A stretch of 64,000 nucleotides of DNA, from NCBI GenBank assembly GCA_963836815.1, contig CAWILD010000012.1, forward strand, positions 691,298 to 755,297, in the 5' to 3' direction. This DNA is from an uncultured Gemmatimonadales bacterium. Lineage in GTDB: Bacteria; Gemmatimonadota; Gemmatimonadetes; Gemmatimonadales; GWC2-71-9. Position numbers and translations under genes: made by a program. Of the stretch, positions 19,943-29,996 are shown piece after piece. The notes under the pieces are model-generated. The model worked only from the letters and a program-made list of their open reading frames with translations, was not told where the DNA came from and searched no databases. Every line of letters starts with the position of its first letter. Within the stretch, counting starts at the first letter, position 1.

Positions 19943-19983
19943 ACTCTGGATCAGGAGCGTCCTGGTTCGAGCCCAGGAGGGGC
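19943..19983 (+). other. tRNA-Gln(CTG) 3' half (att scar)
   Basis: CTCTGGA-TCAGG-AGCGT-CCTGGTTCGAGCCCAGG-AGGGGC; no D-arm or 5' half. Confidence 0.7.
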
Positions 19984-20110
19984 TTCCTTGTGCGGTTGGT
20001 TCAGAACGGTTTGGGCGAGAAGCGCTCCTGGCCATGCTGAACCCAGCCTTCAGGCGTGTTCACCCAGACTCGCATCGCTCAATCCCTATCTCCGGAAGCG
20101 GCTTCCCCGC

Positions 20111-21871
20111 CTACCTCCGCCTCACCCGCACCGGCCGGGAAAAGGAGGGGACCTGTCTGCTGGGGTCCTGCGCCGAGCCGGCGACACAGCTGGCGAAATA
20201 GGTTTGGGCCTCGCCCACGACCCCGTGGGCATCCGCGCTGTACGACAGCTGGTACTGAGGCGGGCTGGTGCCGGGCACCAGGGTCCCGTTCCCGATGTGC
20301 TCCGGTGCAACGCCGCCGACTTCCTTGTAGAACTCGACTCGATCGACCACCGATGAGCCCTCGCCCTCGCGGGGGTTGACGGTGATCTCCGCCGTGAGAT
20401 CGATGGTGGCCGCATTCGATGGGCTGCTGTACACATCGGTCACGTTATCCACCGGCTGACCCGCCGACGAGGTCATCCTGCAGAATGGTGGCGGAAAGAA
20501 GAACGCCTGCTGCAGGGGCTCGACGACCATCTTCCGCGATGCCACCCGTGCGCCGGTCTCCCCGGCGGGCACGCCCCAGTGGTTGCTCCAGTCGGTTCCC
20601 TGAGTACAGTTCGGCGCCGTGCCGGTCCATCCGGCCTCGCATCCATTGGTGGTAAGATACGACGCGCCCCGCGCATTGTTTTCGCCCTGCCGAACGACGA
20701 TCGTGCTGGTCAGCGGGTCGTTGACGAACACGGTGCTGTAGTTGCCGCCGTGGCTAAACGTCTCCAGCGACAGCCGAAGGAATCCGGGTGACTGGGTCCA
20801 GGCGTCCCTCGCGTTGTTCTCGTAGATCACGCCTCGACTCGCGGCCGCGGCCACCTCGATGTTCCCCTCGACCTTGGTCACTTCACGCCAGTATCTCACC
20901 GGCTCGACGTTCCGATTCTGCCAGATGCCCAGCCTGCCCGCCATCCGCAGGACCGCCGCGCCGTCCAGTCCGTTCCACTTCGCCGATCCGGCGCTTTGGT
21001 GGAATTGCTGGCCATTATCCGTCTCGATGAGTGCCGGACGAACGGGAGATCCCATGCCGGGCTGCTTGATGCCCAGGTCGAAGATGCCGACAAGACTCTG
21101 GCTGCAGGCTCTCTGGACCACGTAGTTCAACAGCGTGTGCCCCACATTGCTGTACTCGTAAATGCTTCCCGGAGGCAGCGCCGGGTCGCTATTCTGCTCG
21201 GACTGGACGCGGGCAATGGTAAACGCATCCTCGGGGTACACGTGGTCGGGGCCGCCACCGTTGGCGATGTCAAAGGCGCGCTGCCAACCAGGATTCTCAT
21301 CCTGACATGTCGTGCTCGAGTTGCCGTAATCACAGATACCACTGGTGTGAGTGGCGAAATGCTCCACGGTGATGTCGGTCCAGGGGTACTCGGTACTCCA
21401 GCGGGCGCCCTCGTCATGCGCCAACCAATTGGCGGCCCGATCCCCGAGCCGGACCCCGCAGCGGCTCATCGCATAGACCAGCGTCGGAGCTCCCAATAGG
21501 CCTTTGGAGGCGGAGTACGCGAAGTACGGCTCGGTCCCGCCCCGGTCGTAGATGATCTTGTCGTTACGAATCACCAGGAACCGCTTGGTATTGTGCTTGG
21601 GATCACTGATAGTGGCCCAGATCTGCTCGAGTGTCGTGGTGCAGCCGAGCTGCAGCGTGCTGCCACACATACCCTGGCTCTCCGGTGTGGCGGAGCCCCA
21701 CTGGAATGGCTCGGCGGGAGCCGAAGGGACGGTGTCCGGGTTGGGCGCCTCAGGCGAGGGTGGAGGCTCGGGCGCCTCAGCCGAGGGTTGAGGCTCGGTC
21801 CCGCACCCCTGCGCCAGCAGAACGAGAGGGATGGCGATGTATCGCAGCGGACGGGGACCGGAGTTGCTCAT
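20111..21871 (-). CDS. Serine hydrolase (beta-lactamase/PBP-like) lipoprotein with a C-terminal Ig-like domain
   Basis: Lipobox AQGC; SASK, HTSG, YSN and HGG motifs. Confidence 0.8.
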   Translation of the reverse strand: MSNSGPRPLRYIAIPLVLLAQGCGTEPQPSAEAPEPPPSPEAPNPDTVPSAPAEPFQWGSATPESQGMCGSTLQLGCTTTLEQIWATISDPKHNTKRFLVIRNDKIIYDRGGTEPYFAYSASKGLLGAPTLVYAMSRCGVRLGDRAANWLAHDEGARWSTEYPWTDITVEHFATHTSGICDYGNSSTTCQDENPGWQRAFDIANGGGPDHVYPEDAFTIARVQSEQNSDPALPPGSIYEYSNVGHTLLNYVVQRACSQSLVGIFDLGIKQPGMGSPVRPALIETDNGQQFHQSAGSAKWNGLDGAAVLRMAGRLGIWQNRNVEPVRYWREVTKVEGNIEVAAAASRGVIYENNARDAWTQSPGFLRLSLETFSHGGNYSTVFVNDPLTSTIVVRQGENNARGASYLTTNGCEAGWTGTAPNCTQGTDWSNHWGVPAGETGARVASRKMVVEPLQQAFFFPPPFCRMTSSAGQPVDNVTDVYSSPSNAATIDLTAEITVNPREGEGSSVVDRVEFYKEVGGVAPEHIGNGTLVPGTSPPQYQLSYSADAHGVVGEAQTYFASCVAGSAQDPSRQVPSFSRPVRVRRR

Positions 21872-22004
21872 ATTTGCTAGGGTAGACCCGGCCCCCGTAG
21901 CTGTCAACCAGATTGTGGATTAGCCGCATGCACCCGCTTTGCGGGTACCCGACGCGGATGAACGCAGATAAGACAGAAGCCAGGAAGGCTAAGAATTGTT
22001 GGTT

Positions 22005-23209
22005 ATGATGAACCGATCATGGAGTACCCTTGCAGGCCGACTATTCCTCGCCACCGTCGTGAGCCTGCTAACGGGTGCTCTGGCCTGCAGCGACACCGGG
22101 GACCAAGACGCGCCAGAGCCGGAGCCGCCTCCGGAGCTGCCGGAACTGCCTCCGGACGCGCGGATTCAGTGGGATCCGCAAGCGCAGATGGTGCAGGTCG
22201 CCGGCACGAGTGGCTGCGACTCGTGGACCCGACCTGGGCGCCGGATGGAAACGTCTATACCGCGGTGGGCGACTGCCGGCCGATGGGAGTGCCGCTCAAG
22301 CTCGGTATGGGATTCGGTCGGATCACCGGCGACGAGGCATACGGCGTCTCGTTCACTCCGGTGCCGACTGGGGACCCCGCTGACTGGGATGATGCGGCTC
22401 TTGGCGCAGGCGTGGAGGCGCTGGGCGACGGCCCTGCCAGTGAGAAGGCTGCAGGCATGCTGCACGTCGACGGCCGCTTGTGGTACTGGATCCGAAACAT
22501 CAGCTCGACCGGTACCGGCGTGCGGCTCAAGTTCACCGACAATTCCGGCTCAGCCGTACCCACATTCACCTGGGTCGACTGGAGTCTGCCGGATGTGGGC
22601 TACGCCTCGTTCGTGCAGTATGGACAAGGGTACGCCGGCGGGCCGTCCGATTATGTGTATGCCGTCGTTCCGATGCGCTCGGGCGCGGCCGGCAGCGTGA
22701 GCAACAGTGCCTATGACGTGGTGCCCGGGTTTACCCTGCTCCGCGGATCGCGGATCGATCTCATGGCTCAAGCGAACTGGCAGTACTTCTGCGGCGGCGC
22801 GGGCAGTCCCGCCTGGTGCACGTCACTTACGTCAGCGACCCCAATCTTCCTCGATCCGAACACGCAGTTCACCCCACGGGTCGGCATGAGCTGGAATCCG
22901 GGACTCGGCCGGTTCATGCTCTCGCTGGTCTACGACCCCACGCCTAGCATTCCTGATGCCGGCACCCGGTTCCACGGTGGATTGATGGTCCTGGTCTCGC
23001 CCGATCTCTGGGGGCCCTGGCAACTGGTGTTCTCCAGCGGCAGCAGCGCTTGGCCCGGCGGCACCAGCACCAGTGGATGCGGTCCGACCAACTGGGGCTC
23101 GGGCGAGCGGGCCGACATTCCTACCAAATACATGAGTGCCGACGGAAAGGCTTTTTTCCTGTTCAGCTCGGGCGGGGACTGTCTCTCGATCGCGCGCGGT
23201 GTTTTGTGA
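22005..23209 (+). CDS. DUF4185-like secreted lipoprotein (frameshifted)
   Basis: ALAC lipobox; PTWAPDGNVYTAVGD, SFVQYGQGY, WNPGLGRF, IPTKYMSADGK. Confidence 0.65.
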
Positions 23210-23347
23210 GCGGCTTCGCCGGGTGGACCCGTCACTTCGAAGCCGGATCGGCCCTCAGCGATCATCGTCCTTTCCCCGATCATTGTCCTTCTTCTCATCG
23301 TCGATCCTGATCTGTCCGCGAACCTCACCGCCAGGGAATCGCTTTGA

Positions 23348-23572
23348 ATGGAGATTGACGTACGTTGCGCCATGCAGGATCGCGCGGAGCTAAGCGCCCT
23401 CGCCGAAACGGCACATGGCTACCGCTTCTATTTCGGCATTTACGTGCGCAGCGTCGGCCGCTTCACGCCGGTCTACATGGCCCTGATCGACCCGTTCCGC
23501 AAGCTGGTGGTATATCCGTCACTCCTACGCACCGTGCGCGCGACTTGGAACCAGACCTTCGGCACAGCCTGA
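23348..23572 (+). pseudogene. DUF2867-like C-terminal fragment
   Basis: YMALIDPFRKLVVYPSLLR motif. Confidence 0.45.
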
Positions 23573-23832
23573 AGGCGCCGCGCGGGCAGGGAGCTTGGGG
23601 GCGGGTACTGCTTGGGAGGCCGCACTGGGATCTTCTCGGATCCGAGCAATACGTGCGCACCAGCCGCCGGGGTAGGGGAGGGAAGCTAGGCGCCCCGGTG
23701 GGATCGAGCCGCGAGCGGATTTGTCACCATCGTTGTCACACATCAGGTCAACGACGGTCAGCGCGGGCCAACGTGTGGGGCCATTCCGGGAGAGAATGAG
23801 CGAGGGTGAACGGCGGTCAACGGGCGGCGGCG

Positions 23833-23876
23833 GCTTTGCAAGCAGGGGGTCGCCGGTTTGATCCCGGTCCGCTCCA
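23833..23876 (+). other. tRNA-Ala(TGC) 3' half (att scar)
   Basis: GC-TTTGCAA-GCAGG-GGGTC-GCCGGTTTGATCCCGGT-CCGCTCCA; T-loop degenerate; TG(C/T)TACGGTTT x2 at 23941-23963. Confidence 0.72.
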
Positions 23877-23954
23877 TCAAGGTAAGTCGTAGACCTGCAG
23901 CAGGATTGGAAGGACCAGTGCCGTAGTGGCTCGGGTGAGCTGCTACGGTTTGTG

Positions 23955-24200
23955 TTACGGTTTGGTCCCGATGGACCGCACCTTCCGCGTCTCGCTCACC
24001 GCAGCCAACATGGTCGCGTCATCAGTCTGCGTGTAGCACCGGAGGAGGGTGGCCGTCGAGCGCCAGCCGCCGGCCTCGGCCACATCCTTGAGGGGGAGGT
24101 GTTTCCTGGCCGTCGCCCAGGCGCGGCGGTAGGCGTGGAAGTCGCTGCCGTCGAGCGGGGCAAGCGCCGCCGCGGCATCGGGATACTCACCGATCTGGAG
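23955..24200 (-). pseudogene. Tyrosine integrase C-terminal remnant facing the tRNA-Ala fragment
   Basis: FHAYRRAWAT...AGGWRS..TLLRCY. Confidence 0.75.
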
Positions 24201-24415
24201 ACTACTGAGGCGGACTCCGCGGGAAACGAGGCCATGAGTTGAGCAGAGGGGCAGGGAAGGGAACGGACTCACCCGGACGCTGTGGGAAAGGGCGTGCTCG
24301 GAATTTGGGCGCTGAGACCTATACGAAACGGGGGCACGCGGTGAAGGTCGAGGGTCCCCTGCACTAAGGTATTGCTTGCCCGCGGCGGTACCACTCCCTA
24401 TCTCTGCCTTACCAT

Positions 24416-24546
24416 CCCTTTCGACAAAGGCACACCCGGCAAAAGCCGGGGCCGCCAAGCCACGGGTCCTCGCCTCCTCCGCGACGCCGCACGGTAACCC
24501 CGCCAGACGCCCCGAAGGACCCCCACGACCGCCGAGCTGCCGAAGG
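24416..24546 (+). ncRNA. c-di-GMP-I riboswitch variant, copy 3 (partly degenerate)
   Basis: Same core; tetraloop GAAA changed to AAAA and junction GCAAAG changed to GCCAAG. Confidence 0.7.
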
Positions 24547-24587
24547 TCCGGCGTCCTGAACCCCGGACGACTAATTCATTTCTTGTC

Positions 24588-25234
24588 ATGAGGAAGGCCC
24601 CTAGGCGCTCGCTTCGCCTTGCTGCGCCACTCGTCGCGGCCGCTCTGGCTATTTCTGTACCGAGCGGACTGGCCCGAGTGATGTTGCACGACCCACCCCG
24701 CCGGTTTCGTATGACTTCATCAACGGTCCCGGCTCGCCGGGCAACTCCGGCATCTTCAGAGTCCAGGACAACTACTTTTTCGGGGCCTTCCTTGACGCGA
24801 GTTCAGGCTTGGTCAGCATCCAGGGCCTGGAGAATACAGTCGCTGACTTGTGTGCCGACCTCGGCGAGTTTGCTCTCGTGGACTTCCAGCTCAAGCCGCA
24901 CAACGCCGGCGAGATCAACTCGCTGCTCGTCGCCCTGACCTCGCCCATGCAGGTCGTCGCGCTGCCGGCCGAGCCCTCCGGGGATTTCTGTGAGGACTTA
25001 AGCGGCGCGCCGGTGCTCTACAGCGGAACGGTGGCGCTCCACCGCACCGATAACAACTTCACCGAGACTGGCTCGGAAGGTGGGCGGGCGAACTCCTTCG
25101 GGTGGTCGGCGCATGGGGTGCTGGATGACCTGGTGAACGGCGGGCAGGTCCACTACAGCGAAACCCTTCGGGTTGTCGTCAACCCGCAGACGGGTGAGTT
25201 CAGGGAACTGGTCGCGAACATCCGACTGCACTAA
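24588..25234 (+). CDS. Secreted beta-rich protein (frameshifted N-terminus)
   Basis: Signal-like N-terminus; resembles 30700-31215. Confidence 0.6.
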
Positions 25235-25239
25235 CAGGA

Positions 25240-25770
25240 ATGTGGAGCGCGAGGCGCGCAGTAAGGCCCGTTCGAGCGGGCTCGGCGAAATCGACTTCTA
25301 CCGGGTGCTCGACTCCCCGCCCTCGCCGTGGCGTTCGTATTTCGTCACGCTGGCGCTCACGGGGTTGCGGCTCGAAGACCTCTCCGAGCTTCAGCCCGAG
25401 AGCCTCGGCCATGAGGCGCCGAGCGATCTGCATGAAGGACTCGAAGAGCCCGACCGGAGTTGGCACGACCTACGTCGCCGAAAAGTTCTGGCCCTGGGTC
25501 ATGGCGGCGGTGCCAGTGCCCGTCACGCAGCGGTATCTGCGGGCTCACTGGGATGCGGTGGTAGACCGGACGGGATTGCAGGAGGTAAGCGTCACAGAGC
25601 TTCGGCGGCTCAGGACCAAGCTCCTGGAAGAGGAGAAGGAACGTCCCCCGGTCCGACTACTCGATGATGATGCCCGGCAAGAGGCGCAGCTGCTCGCGCA
25701 ATTTCTCCCTGCGCTGGCGCTCACAGAGCATGAGGGTCGGAGGCTTCTGCTGCGGATAGTCAGGGGCTGA
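25240..25770 (+). pseudogene. Degenerate tyrosine-recombinase-like gene
   Basis: LALTGLRLEDL, SKS and ELRR; no recognisable catalytic Tyr region. Confidence 0.5.
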
Positions 25771-25992
25771 ACGGCTGGCTTGCCAGCCCCAATGTTGGTC
25801 TCCAGGAGGCTCGCGACGCTTCGCCAGAGCCCGTCCGAGGCACGTTCTTACCTGAGGGGCAGCGAGACCAGCCTGGTTTTCGCACAACGTTCAGCTTGGA
25901 ACCTGGTTGCAACGTCACGCCGTCAGTCCCAAGTGTGGAGATAGAGTTGGGTACCGGCTGTGACGCGATGCGCAGCTGGGTACGCGGCCGAT

Positions 25993-26028
25993 CAGGGGAG
26001 CTCGGAGATCCGAGCTCCCCTGGTCTTT
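25993..26028 (+). terminator. Perfect 13-bp hairpin, terminator-like
   Basis: CAGGGGAGCTCGG-AGAT-CCGAGCTCCCCTG-GTCTTT. Confidence 0.55.
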
Positions 26029-26479
26029 GCCGCGGCCCAACCTGGTGTGCCCGGGAAGGAACTGCTCGGCGGCACAGAGTGCGGTGCCCGGGGAGAGCAG
26101 CGGCCCTGCCTCCATCCTCAAGTGTTCAGGGCTGCTAAACTCGGTAGGCTCGCCGAGCCCGGCGTTGACCCTCCTCGATCCTTGCGACCTAGCGCCCCGG
26201 GCCGTGCCGTACTGATACAGCCGCCTCAGAGGCATCGACGATCCGGACTGCCGCCTCACCGGACTCCGAGATCACCTGTCCGGAATGGTCGCCACGTCCG
26301 GCCACGAGCTGGCCGGCGACGAGGGCGACGAGTTGCGCGGGAGAAAGGTGCGCCATACAGATGGCCCCTTCCATGAGCAACTTTGACGATCGGTTGACTC
26401 AGTATAGCAGCGGTCACTTTTCAGGAGTCAAGGGCAATGGAGGGCGTTCTTCCCCGGCACAGAACCAACCGCCAGCGCC

Positions 26480-26884
26480 TCAGGCACTCGAGCTCGTTCC
26501 CTGGAGAGGACGGAGGACGTCCGCGAGGGTTCCGATCAGCGTGTCGGGGTCGAACGGTTTGGGGACGAGCGGCCCCGGGAGCTGGCCGCCGTATTCGGTC
26601 GGCGAGCCAAACCCGCTCACAAAGACCACCGGAATCTCGGGATACATCTGCCGAAGCTGCCTGCTGAGGGACGCGCCATCGACGGGCTCCATCTGCACGT
26701 CCGTGACGAGAGCGGCCGGTGGACTCGGGAGCTTGGCGGCCAAGGCCAGAGCACTGAGCCCATCGGGGGCCGGGTGGACCTGGTACCCGGCCTCCGCCAG
26801 CGCCCGCTGCATCAGGGACAGCACCACGGGCTCGTCGTCCACCACGAGGACCAGCGGACCGGAGACCGGCTCGACCGCGCTCAT
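26480..26884 (-). CDS. Single-domain response regulator (canonical)
   Basis: VVDDE, VTDVQM, VSG, KPF. Confidence 0.88.
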   Translation of the reverse strand: MSAVEPVSGPLVLVVDDEPVVLSLMQRALAEAGYQVHPAPDGLSALALAAKLPSPPAALVTDVQMEPVDGASLSRQLRQMYPEIPVVFVSGFGSPTEYGGQLPGPLVPKPFDPDTLIGTLADVLRPLQGTSSSA

Positions 26885-27382
26885 GGATCGCCTGGGATGA
26901 AAAGGGGTGACGGGAATGTACCTGAGCCGGGAGGTTCGGGAAGGGACTGCAGATGTCTGCAGGGCAAGACGGCCGCCCGATCGGACAGCCGTCTCGTTGG
27001 CAGCCGTGCGCCGCCACCGAGTCAGCTCTTGTCCTTCACTTTCTCGAAATCCTTCAATTCCCACGACTTATCGAACAGGGCCTTTTCGGTCCGTAGAAGC
27101 GGAACATTCCGAACCAGGGCTTGCCGGGCGCGGCGTGTCGATCCAATTGGTCTCCTTGCAAGACGGTGCCGCCGGTGCCGGCCAGCTTGCTGGCCTTGCA
27201 CCGCTCCCGCTGCTTGCTTGACGCTCGGTAGAGTGCATGGTCGCAGTATAGCGGCGGTCACGTTTCGGGAGTCAAGGTATGGGTCGCATGGTCGTTCCGG
27301 GTACCGTGACTGTCAACCAGAGTGCGCCATTCCTCCCGGGCCAGCTGTGCCTGCACGGGGGCCCAACCCTGATAAGGCATCC

Positions 27383-27532
27383 TTAGTGCGGGCGGCTTCG
27401 AACGCGCCACATGGCTAGGAAGAGACCGATTACCGCCATGATGATCGCAGCCGTCACGTTCCCGGCCCTGTAGATCTGGTAGGCCATGAAGAGCCAGAAG
27501 GCCAGTATGGCCAGAATAACAAATCCTGGCAT
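27383..27532 (-). CDS. 49-aa two-helix membrane peptide
   Basis: MPGFVILAILAFWLFMAYQIYRAGNVTAAIIMAVIGLFLAMWRVRSRPH; GGAG upstream. Confidence 0.6.
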   Translation of the reverse strand: MPGFVILAILAFWLFMAYQIYRAGNVTAAIIMAVIGLFLAMWRVRSRPH

Positions 27533-27580
27533 CGTTTGACGCTCCGTTGGTCCTGTGATTTGCAGTAATAGCCGCGCGGA

Positions 27581-27850
27581 TCACGCTCGAGGCCCCAGTC
27601 GCCGGTCCTCCTCGAGAGCCTTTCGTCCGGCCGGTGTCAGATCGCACGGCCCAGCGCCGAGGTAGCGCCCGTCCTCGCGCTGCATGATCCGACTCTCCGC
27701 CAGGCGGATCAGCCCGCGATCCCGGAGGGAGCGCAGCTGCTGGATGACCGCATCGAAACTCTCACCGGGTCGGGGCGCACTGCCTGGACGGAAGGTGTGC
27801 TCGCCGGCCTCGACTCGGACGAGGAGGAGGTATGTCGGCGTCGGGCAGAT
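27581..27850 (-). CDS. Small hypothetical protein (wHTH-like; start uncertain)
   Basis: LRSLRDRGLI...LTPAGRKAL pattern. Confidence 0.5.
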   Translation of the reverse strand: MCPTPTYLLLVRVEAGEHTFRPGSAPRPGESFDAVIQQLRSLRDRGLIRLAESRIMQREDGRYLGAGPCDLTPAGRKALEEDRRLGPRA

Positions 27851-28023
27851 GGTGTCCCCGTTGACCGGGCATTTGACCTCAGTCCATTTCAGGCCGCGGG
27901 GGACTCCCGCTGGGCGAGAGCGCACAGCCCGAAGACGAAGCCTTCCGGCGAGCCTCCTAATACTGCGCGGCGACCCCTACCTTTCGCCGAGGCCAGACAA
28001 CGTGGGCTAACTGGGGGATCGAG

Positions 28024-28272
28024 CTACTCTGGGGCGGTATCCTCTAGACGTACTCGCCGCCGACTGGTGGGGCGCTGGTGGCTACCGCGAAAATCGAAAT
28101 GGGCAGGATCGAGTGCGCGCTCTTTGCTGATGAACCGCGCATTCGGGCGACCCAGGATGTTGGCCATAACACGGTCAACCAATACGGCTGCCGGCTCCCA
28201 CACGCCCGGCGTAAGGTACGGATAGAGCCCAGCGAACTCGGGGCGGAGCCGCGCCTCCCGTTCAGAGCGCAT
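28024..28272 (-). CDS. Small hypothetical protein
   Basis: REARLRPEFAGLYPYLTPGVWEPAA...HFDFRG; GAGGA RBS. Confidence 0.6.
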   Translation of the reverse strand: MRSEREARLRPEFAGLYPYLTPGVWEPAAVLVDRVMANILGRPNARFISKERALDPAHFDFRGSHQRPTSRRRVRLEDTAPE

Positions 28273-28344
28273 CAGCGATCCTCGGCTCGGGTGCGCAGGG
28301 GCCGTTGCCCCAGGGCACGCGCGCGAGCGCACCACCCCGGTGGG

Positions 28345-28842
28345 TCATGGCCCGGATCCGGACCGTGCCTCGCGATCACTCGCGGTCGCCTGGGGTATGC
28401 CGCCGGCCTCAAAGGGTTGAGCGCCGCCACGCGAGAGTAGTTCCGCGACGGCGACCCGGAGTTCCTCGGCCGTGAACGGCTCGCGCAGGATCGGCACATC
28501 GGGGGGCAGCCGGCTTTCGATCTCGGGCGTGGAGCGGCCGGCGTTGGCGAGGTACATGACCGGCAGGGTGGGCTGTTGATGGCGCAGCTGGCGGATCAGG
28601 TCGATTCCGGCCACACCATGCACTCTGGTATTGCTGACGACGAGGTGGCACTCGTCCAGTGCGAAGGCCAGTTCGACGGCGGAGAGGCCGTCATAGGCGT
28701 GAAATACCGCGTGGCCGTCGTCCCGCAGCGTCTGGGTCACAAGCGCGACCACGCTGGGGTCCTCGTCGGCAACAAGGATGTGTCGGCAGTTAAAGGCGGG
28801 GGAGGGGGAGTGCTCATGGCGAACCTTGGACCCGGGAGACAT
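28345..28842 (-). CDS. Aspartate-less single-domain receiver
   Basis: ILVADED...VVSNTRV (D to N)...LREPF (K to E). Confidence 0.8.
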   Translation of the reverse strand: MSPGSKVRHEHSPSPAFNCRHILVADEDPSVVALVTQTLRDDGHAVFHAYDGLSAVELAFALDECHLVVSNTRVHGVAGIDLIRQLRHQQPTLPVMYLANAGRSTPEIESRLPPDVPILREPFTAEELRVAVAELLSRGGAQPFEAGGIPQATASDREARSGSGP

Positions 28843-29006
28843 CCGGGAATGGCAGGCAGCGGAGGATCAGCTATCTGAGTATACCCCCAGGTACATCGCC
28901 ATGCTGACATTGACCCCCGCCGGAGTCCGCAGTGCCGGTGCTGATTACGATGCCGTCTCTCGCAGGAGTTGGCGGACGCCTCCGCCAATTGCTCCAGCCT
29001 GCCAGG

Positions 29007-29246
29007 TCAGTGGCGCAGGGTCGTCTCGACCCCGCCTACTTGCCCTTCTCTCAGCTCTAAATCGTCCCGCTGCCACGCCACGACACCGTGCGGGGTCCGG
29101 AGCCAGACATAGAACGGCTGCGGCGGCTGCCTGGTCTCGAGGTCGTACCAGATGCCCGGCGCAAGTTCCGGTGGGAGGCCACGCCCACCGGTTCGCAGTC
29201 GTCCTTGGGGCGCACGGCGCGAGTGTCGTCGTTCGGTACCTCTCAC
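29007..29246 (-). CDS. Small hypothetical protein
   Basis: PGIWY...YVWLRTPHG...DLELRE; weak resemblance to the family at 13874. Confidence 0.45.
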   Translation of the reverse strand: MRGTERRHSRRAPQGRLRTGGRGLPPELAPGIWYDLETRQPPQPFYVWLRTPHGVVAWQRDDLELREGQVGGVETTLRH

Positions 29247-29341
29247 CCTGACCTCCCCTGAGACGTTGGTAGCGAATAGCTGCGTGGCCGCGTGCGGCGT
29301 GAGGTCGCGGTGACTTCAGGACTTCCCAAGTACGCGGGAGC

Positions 29342-29761
29342 CTATGCCGTTTCCTTTGAGCCTCGGGTGTCGCGACGCCGGAGCCCGAGCAAGCGATGGA
29401 CGGTGGTTCGAAGTACCTCCGGTGCATACGCATTCGGCGTCATGGGATGGACGGATGCACCATGGGGGGTCGGGGGGGCCTGCGTGGAGAAGAAGAGCAG
29501 CGGCGGATGATGTTGTGCGCGAGCCAGATTCTCGAGTAAGGCGTGCCCCTCGAGATAGGTCACGGTGATGTTCGTGATGATAAGATCGACCGGAAGGTCA
29601 AGCCCCATTACAAGGCTGATCGCGGTCCGGCAGTCTCGTGCTGCCAGCACGCGGCACCCGTCCTGGTGCAGCGTATCAGTCAGGCCCGATCGGACGCCTT
29701 CATCGCCTTCGACAATGACGACGAGGGGTCGGTCCGACGGAAGTAGGGAGCCGTGCGCCAT
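29342..29761 (-). CDS. Degenerate aspartate-less receiver
   Basis: VVIVEGD...VDLIITNI (D to N); no KP motif. Confidence 0.65.
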   Translation of the reverse strand: MAHGSLLPSDRPLVVIVEGDEGVRSGLTDTLHQDGCRVLAARDCRTAISLVMGLDLPVDLIITNITVTYLEGHALLENLARAQHHPPLLFFSTQAPPTPHGASVHPMTPNAYAPEVLRTTVHRLLGLRRRDTRGSKETA

Positions 29762-29996
29762 GTATCCACTCGCCACGACGGAGCATCTATTTGAGGCAGG
29801 GCCCTTACACTGGCACACGTGCTGCCGACCGTCAAGGGGGTGAAGTCGTCAACCAGGACCCGCACCACGTTCTTGACAGCCTAAGCGCCACCCCGTAGTT
29901 CTGCTACAATCTTTCCCCTGCGTTCCGTGGGCCAATACTGAGATGCGGATGGATGGCGAACACGAGTTGCCTGCCTCCGCCTAAACCGAAGATCTC

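Noticed and set aside
20111-21871. Beta-lactam resistance gene
   Set aside because: SxxK/YxN/HxG motifs are shared by many esterases and peptidases; the architecture does not match a class C beta-lactamase
18698-23876. Three additional functional tRNA genes
   Set aside because: They lack the 5' acceptor strand and D-arm; treated as att scars
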